From: Azolla caroliniana
Taxonomy: Eukaryota; Plantae; Polypodiophyta
Assembly (NCBI GenBank): GCA_043228905.1
Contig: JBHGNT010000017.1
Span: 558,001 to 622,000 of the forward strand
Length of the DNA stretch: 64,000 bases
Direction of reading: 5' to 3'
A model generated the notes under the pieces. It did not search any database. It was not told where the DNA came from and was given only the letters and a program-made list of their open reading frames with translations. This document shows, in pieces, positions 26,790 through 39,122 of the stretch. Made by a program: the position numbers and the translations under genes. The first letter of the stretch is position 1; each line of letters begins with the position of its first letter.

Positions 26790-29700
26790 CAATGGCCTTG
26801 TCCACGAATGTTGCAGTTGCTCCACTGCGCATTTGTCCACCTCCATTGTCTAATGGAAAGCTAGATGGAACTAACTACACTCTATGGAAGTTCAAAATGT
26901 CTGCCATTTTGGACTCCTACGAGTTGTTGGAGAAAATCATGGGACCCACAGGAGGAGACCTTGAGCCCATTGGTGACCTTTGATCCTACACACCCTACCA
27001 AATCAATCCCTCCAAATGTTGATCTACTTCGAATCTGGAAGAGAAGGAATGTTGATGCGTTGTGTACCATAGTCACTGGTGTATGTGACTCTATACCAAC
27101 AGTAGTGCAACATACAACCAGGGCACATGAAGCTTGGAGCATATTGGACAGCCAGTATGAAACCAGAAACTATACAAGGATACAAAACCTCGAAAATCAA
27201 CTTGCTGTAGAGAAGCTCACTGATGGAGAGAAAGTAGAATCCTTTGTAAAAAGGATTAAGGATCTTCAAGAGCAACTGGCAACTGTTGGAGTAGTTGTCT
27301 CTCCAGAGGATATGGCTCATCGGTGCATTCGAGTACTTCCTTCCAAGTATGATGGCATTGTGACATCTTTGAACACTTAGGTTCGACCCACTCCTTTAAA
27401 ATTTGATGAACTAAGTGCAATGTTGCTCGAAGGGGAGCTTCGGTTGAAGACAAGAGAAGGAAGGGAAGATTCAGTATTTGTCTCTAGGACTAAGGATAAA
27501 GGGGCATCCAATTCAAACAATGCTAATAGGATACCAAAGAAGAAGAAGTTCAATGGATCGTGTTTTTACTGTGACAAGAAGGGTCACACAATCAAGGATT
27601 GCCAGAAGAAGATGGCGGATGAGAAGAATGGTTCTTGTAAGACTTCTTCGAGAGAGCTCGAGTTCACCAACAATGTCATAGATGAGCTTAAGTTATGGGT
27701 CGCAACTAAAGAAGTGTGTTCTTCAGTTGACACTCAAGTTGTCGACGACTCTTGTATTCTCGATAGTGGAGCATCCCGACATAGGACTAGTAATCGTGAC
27801 TGGTACAACTCTTGGAGACCTCTACAAGAGCCCATCAATGTTGTGGTCGGGAATAATGCTCGATCTCCAACCAAAGGAACCGGAACCATCTCCCTCAAAG
27901 CAACGACTGTCGGGACAAAGCATCTCTCTCAAGTGTTGTACGTGCTAGATCTCAAGAAGAATCTATTGTCCATTTCTGCACTGACAGACAAGGGTCTTGA
28001 TGTTCGATTAAAGAAGTCGGGTGTAGAAATAACAAATTCTGTTGGCAAGGTTGTAGGAATAGGGGTAAGGCGCAACAATCTCTATGATCTAAGCACGTTT
28101 ACAATTTCTACTAACCACAACACAAGTACTAACACAAAGCAATGGCATGAGAGATTTGGACATCTCAATGTTGCTATGTTGAAGGAGATGAAGAAGTCGA
28201 ATATGGTAGTTGGGTTGCCAACCCTATCTGACTTAGGTCATGTTTGTGATGCTTGTATGATGGGCAAGCATCAAAGATCATCCATTCCAAAAGAGAGTCA
28301 AAATCGGGCAAAGACTCCTCTATAGCTAATACACATCGACCTCTCTGGAAAAATGGTGACTCCTGCAATGGGTGGATCTCTCTACTATATGCTAGTAGTC
28401 GATGACTTCAATAGAAAGATGTGGGTTTACTTCCTTCGGGAGAAGGCTGAAGCTTTTAAAATCTTCAAAAGATGACATAAGTTTGTCGAGTGGGAGTCCG
28501 AAAAGTTAGTGAAGGATTTACGCTTTGATCGAGGTGGAGAATTCTTATCAATAGAATTATGTGAGTATTGCAAAGAGCATGGAATTAAGTGCCAACTTAC
28601 AACTGCCTACACCCCACAACAAAATGGTGTTGTCGAATGTCGAAACCGAACAGTTGTCGAGATGGCTAGGTGTATGTTGAAGGCACAAGCATTGTCCGAC
28701 CCATTATGGGTTGAAGCAGTGAATACAACAATTTACATCCTCAATCAGAGTTACACAAAGGCACCTCTAGGGAAAACACCCTAAGAAGCTTATTCAAGCA
28801 AGAAACCTTTAGTGCTGCACTTCAGAACCTTTGGGTGTACGTGCTATGCACATGTTCCAGATGTGAGCAAAAAGAATTTGGATGTTAAAAGCAAGAACTG
28901 TATCTTTCTCGAATATAGTGAAGAGTTAAAAGCCTATCGACTCTACGATCCAGAGGCAAGAAAGATATTGACAAGCCGCGATGTGGTGTTCGATGAGGAA
29001 CGAGCATAGCTGGCTGAGAACAACGATTCTCAAGTTATCTCATGAACCGAAGAAGTATTCCCCCCAATCCCAACCCACTGTCCAAAAAAGGAAGTTGAAC
29101 CATCTGATGGTAATGGTTCGCTAGTTCAGCCTATGCTAGTGCCACATGTAAAGAAAATACCTAAGTGGGGTCAACAACTCATCAATGACCGTACTCCTAA
29201 AGTTGAGTTTCCTGAAACTTCAACTGATGGATTACGAAGATCAAGATCAACATGGCTCTGATGGTGGACATCATAGGCTTAGTGAGTGAGCCGACCTCGG
29301 TGGAGGAAGCCATGGCCGACTCAAAGTGGAAAGAGGCCATGATATTAGAATATGATAGCATCATGAAAAATGACATGTGGGAGTTGGTAGAGAGGCCAAC
29401 AAAGAGGAAGGTGATAGGCACCAAGTGGGTGTGGAAAGTAAAGCATAAAGTTGATGGTTCTTTGGAGAAATTTAAGGCCAGGCTAGTAGCGCAAGGATAC
29501 CCCCAAATTGAAGGGTTTGATGTACAAGAAACATTTGCCCCGACAACTCACATGACAACAATTTGAATGGTCATAGTGTTGGTTGCTGAAATAAGATGGC
29601 TGATTTATCAAATGGATGTCAAATCAGCATTTCTGAATGGGCATCTCAAGGAGGAGGTATATGTGACACAACCACCAGCGTTTGAGATGCCGAATTCAGA

Positions 29701-31689
29701 AAACAAAGTCTACAAGTTGAAGAAGACGTTGTGTGGTCTAGTATACTCCCAAATTGAAGGGTTCGATGTACAAGAAACATTTGCCCCGACAACTCACATG
29801 ACAACAATTCGAATGGTCATAGTATTGGCTGCTGAAAGAAGATGGCCGATTTATCAAATGGATGTCAAAACGGCATTTCTGAATGGGCATCTCAAGGAGG
29901 AGGTATATGTGACACAACCACCAGCGTTTTGAGATGCCGAATTCAGAAAACAAAGTCTACAAGTTGAAGAAGGCGTTGTGTGGTCTAAAGCAAGCATCGA
30001 GAGCTTGGAACAAGAGGATAGACAGCTTCTTACAATCAATCGACTTTAAGCAATGTGCTTCGGATGCAAGTATGTATGTCAAAATGAAGGACGGGAAATA
30101 AGTCATCATCATCATTTACGTGGATGATCTAGTACTTACTGGTGACCATTAAGAGTGTATTTTCGAAACACAAGAGTGTTTGAAAACTGAGTTTGAAATG
30201 ACAGACTTGGGGATTTTACACTACTTCCTTGGAATTGAGGTTTGGCAAACCTTGGTTGGCATCTTCATGTCACCACGAAAGTACGCAATAGAGATCTTGA
30301 AGACCTTTGGGATGATGGACAACAAGTCGAAGTCGACTCTAATGGAGTCAAACTTCAAGCTATCCCAAGAAGACCCGTCACCAATGGTTGACATAAGGAA
30401 GTATAGACAGCTAGTAGGAAGTCTGATTTTCCTATGCAACACTAGGTCGGATATTTGTTTTGTAGTCGGTGTGGTGAGTCGATTCAGTAACAAGCCGAAG
30501 GAGACTCATTGGAAAGCTGCACTACGTGTATTAAAGTACATTGTGGGTACTTTAAATTACGGAATCTTCTACAAGACAACAATTGACGAACTTAGTGGAT
30601 ATTACGACTTTGACGGGGCTGGATATAGAGATTCTGGATATTGTTTTTCAATAGGCTATGGAGTTGTTTCATGGAGTTGTAAAAAACAACCAACAGTGGC
30701 ACTGTCTTCAACGGAGGCAGAATACAAAGCTGCATGCATAGCAGCATGCGAGGTAGTTTGGCTAAGAAGAATCCTTATGGATGTGGCAGTTCCAATAAGG
30801 ACGACAACGGTATTGAGGTGTGACAATCAGAGTTGCATAGCCATTGCCAAGAATCCCGTATTTCATGCACGTACTAAACACATAGAGATTCAATATCACT
30901 ATATGCGATAGCTAATAAATGAAGAACTGTGGAGTTTAAGTACTATTCGACATCAGAAACTGATGCGGATATCTTCACAAAGCCGCTTGGAGCAAAACAA
31001 CTACAACAACACCATCGACGACTAGGAGTTGGCCCAATTCAAAGTGAACTCAATGGGTTGCCAATTGAGGGGGTGTGTTAGATATAATCAATGTTCAACC
31101 CCAAGTTGTAAATCTATCCCCATATGTGCTCTTAGACTACACATTTTGTGATACCGCCCCAATTGAGGAGTGTCTAGTGTGCAACTCGGCCATATGGGTC
31201 GATAGATGCGTAGGACACAATGGATTTAGGAAAGAGTGAAATAGGTAATAGTATTGGCTAATCAAGTCAACTAGAATATTTTGTGGGCAAGTTACAATGT
31301 ACTTAGTCTTGAAGTATGTGCCATTGACTTCAAGATAACTACTATCTAGCACTAGCCTGCATCTAGGGAGTTGGGTCATATTAAATGACAAGTCAGTTGA
31401 CAGAAAAGGAATATCTCCACTACTATCAACTGACATGCACATTTAATGTTACACTCAGACCAAACAGAGAATATAATCCACTCTCTTACACAATGGTGTA
31501 TTGATCACCAGTCCCCACTAATTTTGATGTGAGCTGGTTCAGATAGCATCTAAGCTCTAAGTTGTGAGCGCATGGGTGAACTACCATTGTGAGCTACTCT
31601 CATATGTAATAGAAGTTTTGTTTTCATATATCCATCTCTGTGGTTGTAACTCTATATACCTATCTAATCAATTCTCAATATTTCTAACA
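26044..31689 (+). mobile_element. Ty1/Copia LTR retrotransposon, full length, degenerate
   Basis: LTRs 26044-26680 (starts TA, mutated TG) and 31076-31689; TSD TTCCC (26039-26043 / 31690-31694); PBS TGGTATCAGAGC 26681-26692; PPT GAGGGGG near 31067. Confidence 0.96.
26792..31050 (+). pseudogene. Copia gag-pol, disrupted
   Basis: KLDGTNY; CFYCDKKGHTIKDC; ILDSGAS; WHERFGH; DRGGEF; PQQNGV; KARLVAQG; QMDVKSAFLNG; SSTEAEY; HARTKHIE; many stops. Confidence 0.9.
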
Positions 31690-32452
31690 TTCCCTACATA
31701 TGATATTGTTTCCCTAATTCTTAAAATCATTGACCTTTCTTAAGTCAATTGTTCTTACCTCCCCAATTGTTTCATAACTTTGGACCTTAAGTCTCAAAAG
31801 TCTTGAACAACGGTATAACAAGAACTAGGGCTTCAACAACTTCAATAAAATGTCATTGTTTTCTGTGGACTCTATCGCTTTCTTTGACGACACATTATTC
31901 TTAGTCAATGAGTATAACCATCAAATTCTTCAAAACGACCAACGTTAAACATCAAACTTTGCGATTACGCACAACTCAAACTCGTTTTTCTCAATCTAGC
32001 CTTTTATCCGAGGTGGTGTCCAGATGAGTAGAAGGAGTGAAAGGGTTGATACATCTAGTGATGAGCCTTGTGTAGATCAACCTCACACTTTTAGAAGAAT
32101 TCCTAGACAAGTTAGTATCAAAAGATTTAATTTTTTGTGTTTTGATCATCAAATAGCACTTGATATTAATAAGTGATGTTCTGGCAATATCTGTCTTTCT
32201 AAATTTGGAAAGAAAAACCTAAGGGGTATGCGACAAAAGTATCTATCACTTAATGGTGAGGAGTAAGATACCTTCCTTTTCTCACATATGCAACTTGTGA
32301 AGGATCACACCAGAGGGGCTTGTTCGATGCATGTTGAATATTTTCTTGGACTGAGTTTTATGTGCTGTCAAGTTGCTTTTAAAATTGCACATAACATTGG
32401 TAACATGAGGCTCTAGAGAATTCACAACAGACTAATCAAGGGACAAACATCG

Positions 32453-35400
32453 TGAAAGTCAAGCCTTCGAGCGTTCCAAAGCTATGCATCACCGACAAAA
32501 GCTATAGTACAACCTCCACTTCAGTTAAAGGTAAAGAGGGATGTTTGACAGATCAGCTATTGAGAGATGACGTTCAGCAAACAGGACTGTAGTAGAGATG
32601 AGAGTAGAGACACACAGATCTTTGGTGTACCCAACCGCCTTGATTGGTACACAAGAAAAAAAAAGGTTATTATATTAGTTAACCTTACAAAGAAAGTGGT
32701 GTGTTCACATTACAAAAAAAAAGGTGTCCTGTCCAGGTGAACAATGTGTTCACATATACGAATAATTACCTAATTTGTGAACATTCAAGTAACTCCCTCT
32801 AACTGTATGCAATGCTCATGTTGAGCTTTGCCAAGACTTTTAGTGAGAATATCTGCAGGATTATCCTGTGTTTTGATCTTGGTCAATGTGACTAGACCAT
32901 CCTCCAAAACTTGCCTAATAAAGTGATGTCGCACATCAATGTGTTTGGTGCACGAATGAAACATGGCATTCTTAGCCAGATACACAGCACTCTGGCTATC
33001 ACATCCTAACACAGGAGTACTAACAGACATGCCAAGATCTTCACCAAGTCTGCTGAGCCATATAGCTTCCTTTGAAGCTTCTGTAGCTGAAATATATTCA
33101 GCTTCAGTAGTACTCAGTGCTACAATCTTTTGCAATTTGGAGCACCAAGACACTGCTCCACCAGCAACTGTAAATATATACCCGCTAGTAGACTTACGTG
33201 TATCCAAGTCACCTGCCATGTCTACATCACAATATCCCTGCAAATTTAATGCACCCTTCCCATAGCATAAACATTTTATCTGTGTACCTTTAAGATACCT
33301 GAAAACACACTTGACAGCCTCCCAATGTGCTTTCCCGGGATTAGACATATAGCGACTAACAACTCCCAGTGCATAAGCAATATCTGGACGAGTAGCTACC
33401 ATAGCATACATTAGAGAACCACATGTTGATGCATAAGGAATTCCCTTCATAGCATTGATTTCCATCTCATCCTTTGGACAATCAGCCTTGCTGAGTTTAA
33501 GATATGACGGCAAAGGAACTCCAAGGGACTTTGCTTCTGCCATATTAAATCTGTTAAGCACTTTTTCAATGTACTTTTCTTGTGACAAAAACAACAATTT
33601 GTCTTTTCTATTTCTACTGATTCTCATGCCCAAAATATGCTCTGCATTTCCCAAATCTTTCATAGAGAAGACCAATTTCAGTTGATCTTTTAGAGCATCA
33701 AGACTAGTCTTTCTTTTCCCAGCTAGCAACATATCATCCACATATAGAACAAGTATGATAGGACTGTCATCGATATCCTTTTTCGTGTATAAACAATGAT
33801 CTGCATAGCTACGATCAAAGCCTTGAGAAAGCATAAAAGTATCAAAATTCTTATACCACTGTCGTGGTGCTTGTTTTAGGCCATACAAGCTACGTTTTAG
33901 TTTGCATACCAAATGCTCCTTGTTAGAGACTACAAAACCCTCAGGTAGTTTCATGTAGATCTCTTCATCAATATCACCATGCAAAAAAGCGGTCTTTACA
34001 TCCATTTGGTACAACTCCAAATTAAGCATTGCAGTGAGAGCAAATAGCACACGAAGTGTGGTCATCTTCACAACAGGAGAGAAGACCTCTTGGAAGTCAA
34101 TACCTTCCTTCTGTGCATAACCCTTGGCAACTAATCTTGCCTTGTATTTTGGTTTCCCTTCAATTTCCTTTACCTTATAAACCCACTTATTTGGAAGAGC
34201 TTTCCTTCCTTGAGGTAAGGACGCAAGATCCCATGTATCATTTGCATATAAATATTTTATTTCTTCTTGCATTGCAAGCTCCCACTTACTGCTAAGTTCA
34301 CATGACATTGCCTCCTTATAAGTAAGAGGTTCACCCTCATCTGACAGCATGACATAATGCAAAGAGGGGTCATATCTATATACCTGCCTCCTTGAACGAT
34401 TAGACCTACGTACCGAATGATCAGTATTTTCTGGGATTGGTTCTAAATCTGGAGGAAAATCATTTTCAGCACTTTCTGGCTGTTGCGAACCATGTCCAGC
34501 ATGTTGTTCGACATCTATATTTTGTTCTTCAGTACCTTCATCTCGTTGACCAATATCTTCATGAGCATCTCTTTGCTGTCCAATTTCTTCTGGCTCAAAG
34601 ATAACCGGTTGACCATCATATTCAACCTTTGGTATAGCATCATGAGGTTTATTTTCAGATTTTGTGGATGGCTGTAATTGCTGAAATGTAACGCTCTTAG
34701 AGTTCCCAAGAGAGGAACAAGCATTTTTCAGCAATTTTTCTTCATTAAAAACAACATCCCGACTGCGTACAATTTTTCTGGACTGAGGTAACCAAATCCT
34801 ATAGCCCATTTCACCTTCATCACCATAGCCCATAAAAATGCCCATGGTGGACTTAACATCGAGCTTATTTCTCAGCTCACTTCTAATGTGTACAAACGCA
34901 TCACAACCGAAAATTCGTAAATGGTCATATGAAGCTGGTTTGCCAGACCAAACCTCCTCAGGGATTCCATTTTTTAAGGACTTGTTGGGAGAACGATTAC
35001 ATATATGAACCGCGGTTTTTAATGCTTCTCCCCAAAATTCATGAGGGAGATTAGCTGTGGACAACATGCATCGTACTCGCTCACACAAGGTCCTATTATA
35101 CCTTTCTGCCACCCCATTTGATGAAGGGTTATATGGAGCAGTAAGCTCTCTTTTAATACCATGTAAGTCACAATAAGACTTAAATTCTGCAGATGTAAAC
35201 TCACCCCCATTATCTGTTCTGAGACATTTCAGTTTTGTCCCTTTTTGAGTAGTCACAAATACATGAAAAGATTTAAATGCATCAAATGCATCACCTTTTC
35301 TTTTCATCAAGTACACCCAAATCTTCCTAGAATAATCATCGATAAAGGAAATAAAATATGCAGCACCGCCCAAGGATTTTACAGGCATGCTACATACATC

Positions 35401-36793
35401 AGAATGCACCAAATCTAGCACATTTGGTTTATGAGAGATACCAGAATAATAAGAATTTCTCACTTGTTTGCCAAATAGACAATCATTACAAAAAACCAAC
35501 TTTGATCCTTTAACATCAAATCTTTTTAAAGCAGAAAGGACTTCAAGTCCTTTTTGGCTCATATGTCCTAATCTCTTATGCCAAAGCTCTAAACGAGAGT
35601 CGAATTCAGCAATAGCAAGAAACTTTCCAGGTAAAGCTTTGCATTGCAAACAGTACAGAGTGCCCTTTTTGCAACCTTTCACAATAACCATAGATCCTTT
35701 CTTTAGTTTCCATAATCCACCACCGAATAATGTGGTGTAACCATGCAAATCCATCTGTCCTACAGATAGCAAACTTTTCTTTATGCCAGGTACATACCTA
35801 ACATCTTTGAGCACAAGCTCTTGACCATTATCCAAAGACAAGTGTATGGTTCCAATACCATCAATATTGCAAGCACTATTGTTACCAAGATAAACTTTTC
35901 CATAACTGCTTGCATCAAATGTGGTAAAGCACTCCAAACATGGAGTAACATGAAAAGAAGCCCAGAGTCTACTATCCATGTCTGTGTCAATCCATCATCG
36001 ATTGACAATAAAGCATCAATAACATCTGTTTTGGTGATTTGCATGTCTTGAACATGAGCTATAAAGGCAAAGTACATCACCATCTTCACCAGATAGGTCT
36101 TCAATGATAACATTTGAAGCCATATTAGCTTTCTTTGTTGTATTAAACTTATCCTCTTTGTTTTTCTTCTCTCCTACATTCTTCTTCCTTTCTAGTTCCA
36201 TCTTCCAATATCTACAATCAGGTTTCTTATGACCTTTACGGCCACAATGATAGCAAGTGATATCTTGTTGTTTTCCTTTCCCTCTACTCTTACTTCTATT
36301 TCTTTGTCCTACATTTGGGTTCCTCTTATCATATCTCCCCCTAATATTGTATGTTGAACCACTACCTTCTCCGCTAGATTGTCTTCTAATCTCTTCACTG
36401 AGAATAGAGCCCCGCACACCATCGAAGGTCAAGGTGGGGCTATTAGATAGTGAAACAACTAATGTTTCCCACGAATCCGGTAAAGTCATAAGTAGGAAGA
36501 TAGCTTTGAGCTTGTCATCAAAAGCTGGTAATCCTGAATCTTGTAGTTGGGAGAGAGTACCTGTGAATAAAGATAGATGCTCTGTTGCACCTTTCGACTC
36601 ATCAAGCCTCATACTGACAAGTTTTCTCATCAAATGCACCTGATTCACAGGAGTAGTATCCTCGTAAGTTTTCTTAAGTTTCTCCCAAACTTGATGGGCA
36701 GTAGTCAAGCCCTTTACATCCACAAGAATTTCATCAGAAACAGCCATTTTAATATATGTAATGGCTTTCTTATTCAGAGTGTTCCAAGCATCA
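32453..36793 (-). mobile_element. Ty1/Copia (Tnt1/Tork-like) element, 5'-truncated
   Basis: gag 36807-36016 (CYHCGRKGHKKPDC) and pol 35979-32785. PPT-like GAAGTGGAGG near 32522-32513 followed by a short TG...CA segment 32511-32453. 5' LTR and PBS absent. Confidence 0.9.
32785..35979 (-). CDS. Copia pol (integrase, RT, RNase H), 1064-aa uninterrupted ORF
   Basis: WHKRLGH, VHSDV, RTDNGGEF, NGVAER, KARLVAKG, QMDVKTAFLHG, LYVDDML, STTEAEY, ADILTK. Separated from gag and protease (WIVDSG in ORF 35781-36113) by frameshifts. Confidence 0.9.
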   Translation of the reverse strand: MDSRLWASFHVTPCLECFTTFDASSYGKVYLGNNSACNIDGIGTIHLSLDNGQELVLKDVRYVPGIKKSLLSVGQMDLHGYTTLFGGGLWKLKKGSMVIVKGCKKGTLYCLQCKALPGKFLAIAEFDSRLELWHKRLGHMSQKGLEVLSALKRFDVKGSKLVFCNDCLFGKQVRNSYYSGISHKPNVLDLVHSDVCSMPVKSLGGAAYFISFIDDYSRKIWVYLMKRKGDAFDAFKSFHVFVTTQKGTKLKCLRTDNGGEFTSAEFKSYCDLHGIKRELTAPYNPSSNGVAERYNRTLCERVRCMLSTANLPHEFWGEALKTAVHICNRSPNKSLKNGIPEEVWSGKPASYDHLRIFGCDAFVHIRSELRNKLDVKSTMGIFMGYGDEGEMGYRIWLPQSRKIVRSRDVVFNEEKLLKNACSSLGNSKSVTFQQLQPSTKSENKPHDAIPKVEYDGQPVIFEPEEIGQQRDAHEDIGQRDEGTEEQNIDVEQHAGHGSQQPESAENDFPPDLEPIPENTDHSVRRSNRSRRQVYRYDPSLHYVMLSDEGEPLTYKEAMSCELSSKWELAMQEEIKYLYANDTWDLASLPQGRKALPNKWVYKVKEIEGKPKYKARLVAKGYAQKEGIDFQEVFSPVVKMTTLRVLFALTAMLNLELYQMDVKTAFLHGDIDEEIYMKLPEGFVVSNKEHLVCKLKRSLYGLKQAPRQWYKNFDTFMLSQGFDRSYADHCLYTKKDIDDSPIILVLYVDDMLLAGKRKTSLDALKDQLKLVFSMKDLGNAEHILGMRISRNRKDKLLFLSQEKYIEKVLNRFNMAEAKSLGVPLPSYLKLSKADCPKDEMEINAMKGIPYASTCGSLMYAMVATRPDIAYALGVVSRYMSNPGKAHWEAVKCVFRYLKGTQIKCLCYGKGALNLQGYCDVDMAGDLDTRKSTSGYIFTVAGGAVSWCSKLQKIVALSTTEAEYISATEASKEAIWLSRLGEDLGMSVSTPVLGCDSQSAVYLAKNAMFHSCTKHIDVRHHFIRQVLEDGLVTLTKIKTQDNPADILTKSLGKAQHEHCIQLEGVT

Positions 36794-36916
36794 TTTCGAC
36801 TCATCAAGCCTCATACTGACAAGTTTTCTCATCAAATGCACCTGATTCACAGGAGTAGTATTCTCGTAAGTTTTCTTAAGTTTCTCCCAAATTTGATGGG
36901 CAGTAGTCAAGCCCTT

Positions 36917-38635
36917 CAATCACCTAAGAGGTATATGTGCCTGATCATAGATGGCATGGATCAGAAGAAGACTCCTTGCCGCAATTTCAAAGATTGTCGA
37001 AGGACATTGGAGAAGAATGGCTTGTACAAATGCATTTATTAGGTTGTTTGTCAAGTCTTCTTAACTTATCCTAATATCCACAATGACCCAAATCTTATAG
37101 TCACAGTCATGCAAAGAGTGTTACAATCTTGGCAAAGTATTCTCCCACCAGTTGTATATGTGCAACTTGACAACACAGCCAGAGAAAAAAAAACTCGATT
37201 GTTTTAAGCTATTTAAGCATGTTAGTAGGGAAGGGCATATTTAAGAAGATTAAGGTCAATTTTTTACTAGTTGGTCATACCCATGATCATATAGATAAAA
37301 TGTTTAGTAGGTTCTCAAAGAAATTATCAAGATGTAGTGCTTTCATGCTTCCAATGCTATCAAAGTTGATTAACGAAGCTTATACATTGAAGCCCGAAGT
37401 ACATCATTTGAATGAAGTGTATGCCTTTAAACGCTTTTACATGGATGGTGATGGGGCTCAATGTAGGCTTCTTGCCCCTCTCAATAATATAAGTTTTAAT
37501 CGTGCCTTCCTCATAAAACAAAGTTCTATAAGCCAAAATACGACGTTGTTGTATGCCAAACAATACTCTTCTAGTTCACAATGGGAGCCACAAGAGGGTT
37601 GTAGGCTCTTGCTTCATTTTCCAAATGCAGAAATACATGGTGTAGAACAAATTCCATATGACAACCATAAAACATTGGCTCCAAATGGTTTAAACGATGA
37701 GAAAAAGTAATATATTGGATGCAAGGCCTTGAAAAGAAACAGAAAAATATTGAGTGCACCAAGAAGTATGTTGGTGAGTAGAATGTTGAATGGTGGGGTG
37801 CCTTCTTCAACCACCAACATACAATTTTGGATAACTACATTACTAGATATTGGCCCCTCCAATATCCGTTGTTTATGTGGAACATTGGTGCACCATCAAC
37901 AGTGTCCACAACTTACCATCAGTTAGTAGATAATACTGAACTCAATAATCTAGTTCAGCCACGACAAAGAGATATTTACGTGGGACCAAGAATATCGCGT
38001 ATTGCAGAGGCAAGATGGCAAGGCAATTTGCATGAGCTACAAGTTGGGATGTTGGTTGCAACTTTGGCTGAGGATGATGAGTTGGGCCATCCTTTTTGGA
38101 TTGTTAAAATTCTAGAAATAATGAAGGATGAACAAGGCAATCAAGTTAAGTCCATTGTGGTTCATTGGTATCACACCTCTTCCCATGATGCATTTAATGG
38201 AAAGTACTCTTTAGAGATGATGAAGGATGTCAAAAGTACAAGTAAAAAGCGAAGAAGAAAGAAATTACCATGTCTACTCTCACACTGGATAACGTTGACA
38301 TACAAGTGCATGGCTTCTCGTTGACCAAAACAGGCCATCTAAGGCAAACCACAATCAAGATAATAAAAGAGAAGATCCCAAGTGTGGGTCTCGACACGAC
38401 ACAAAAATGAATAAGGAGCATGTCTCATAACCATGGCGAGGTTAGATTGCAATTGGATGAAGAGAATGCATTGGTTGCAAGCGATGATGAGGATGAGACC
38501 TCACAATGCGCAACTAGTTCATTGGATGGGTCTCGAGATGATGCCATAGACTTGAAAGTGACGGTTTTGATACATGAATTGATAATATTGTATTTTAGGT
38601 CAAAATGTCACTACGCGTATATATATAAATATTAG
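36917..38635 (+). pseudogene. Degenerate DUF7869/Sola-like putative transposase (C-terminal part)
   Basis: Motifs CLIIDGMDQKK, YVQLDNTARE.K, LVGKGIFKKIKVNFLLVGHTHDHIDKMFSRFS across broken frames, then a domain with PFWIVKILE...VHWY. Family assignment is from recalled motifs. Confidence 0.65.
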
Positions 38636-38833
38636 TGTTAGTCATTTTATACATTACTTTGTAAGTTTGGCACGCTTATTATTTAGGCATTTTTGTAAAG
38701 ACTTGAAATTTTGGTCACGATAAAAATCAATATATTTTGTGTTTTCCTTGAAAAACATTTACGCATACATCACCCCTTTTTGTGAACCCAGTTCTCAAAA
38801 TGCGACATATTACTTGTTTTAAATGTTCTGGTG

Positions 38834-39122
38834 TTTAAACTGAACCTGAAAGTACTTGACTTCCATCATAAAAAAGCATCCATATGGATCATTTAAAATA
38901 TATGTGGACGAAACAAATCATGAATAATCATGACTGCACCTTAATAATGATGTGATAACTAACCTACATAATATGCGGAGTATCCACGTAAATGTAACAT
39001 AGATCCAACTAAATCATGGCACTTATGTTCAACTAAACACATAAAACATGCTATTCCTTATAGAAAAAAAAAATCCATTAATAAATATTTCTTATGAGGA
39101 GAAGATGCCCCTCACACATTTC
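38834..39122 (-). mobile_element. L1 LINE ORF2 N-terminal APE fragment
   Basis: Joined across the Copia TSD to 44833-44813 it reads MKVVT*NV*GASSPHKKYLL (decayed WNVRG), then CLVEHKCHDL...GAVMII...NDPYGCFF. Confidence 0.65.

Larger units (their letters stand above)
25235..38833 (+). mobile_element. TIR DNA transposon with a DUF7869/Sola-like transposase, interrupted by two Copia elements
   Basis: Imperfect ~35-38 bp TIRs: CACCGGGACATGTGAAATAGGTAATATGTC (25235) vs reverse complement CACCAGAACATTTAAAACAAGTAATATGTC (ending 38833). Shared subterminal AAAAATGCCT. Transposase remnants at ~32000-32450 and 36917-38635. No clear TSD. Confidence 0.65.
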
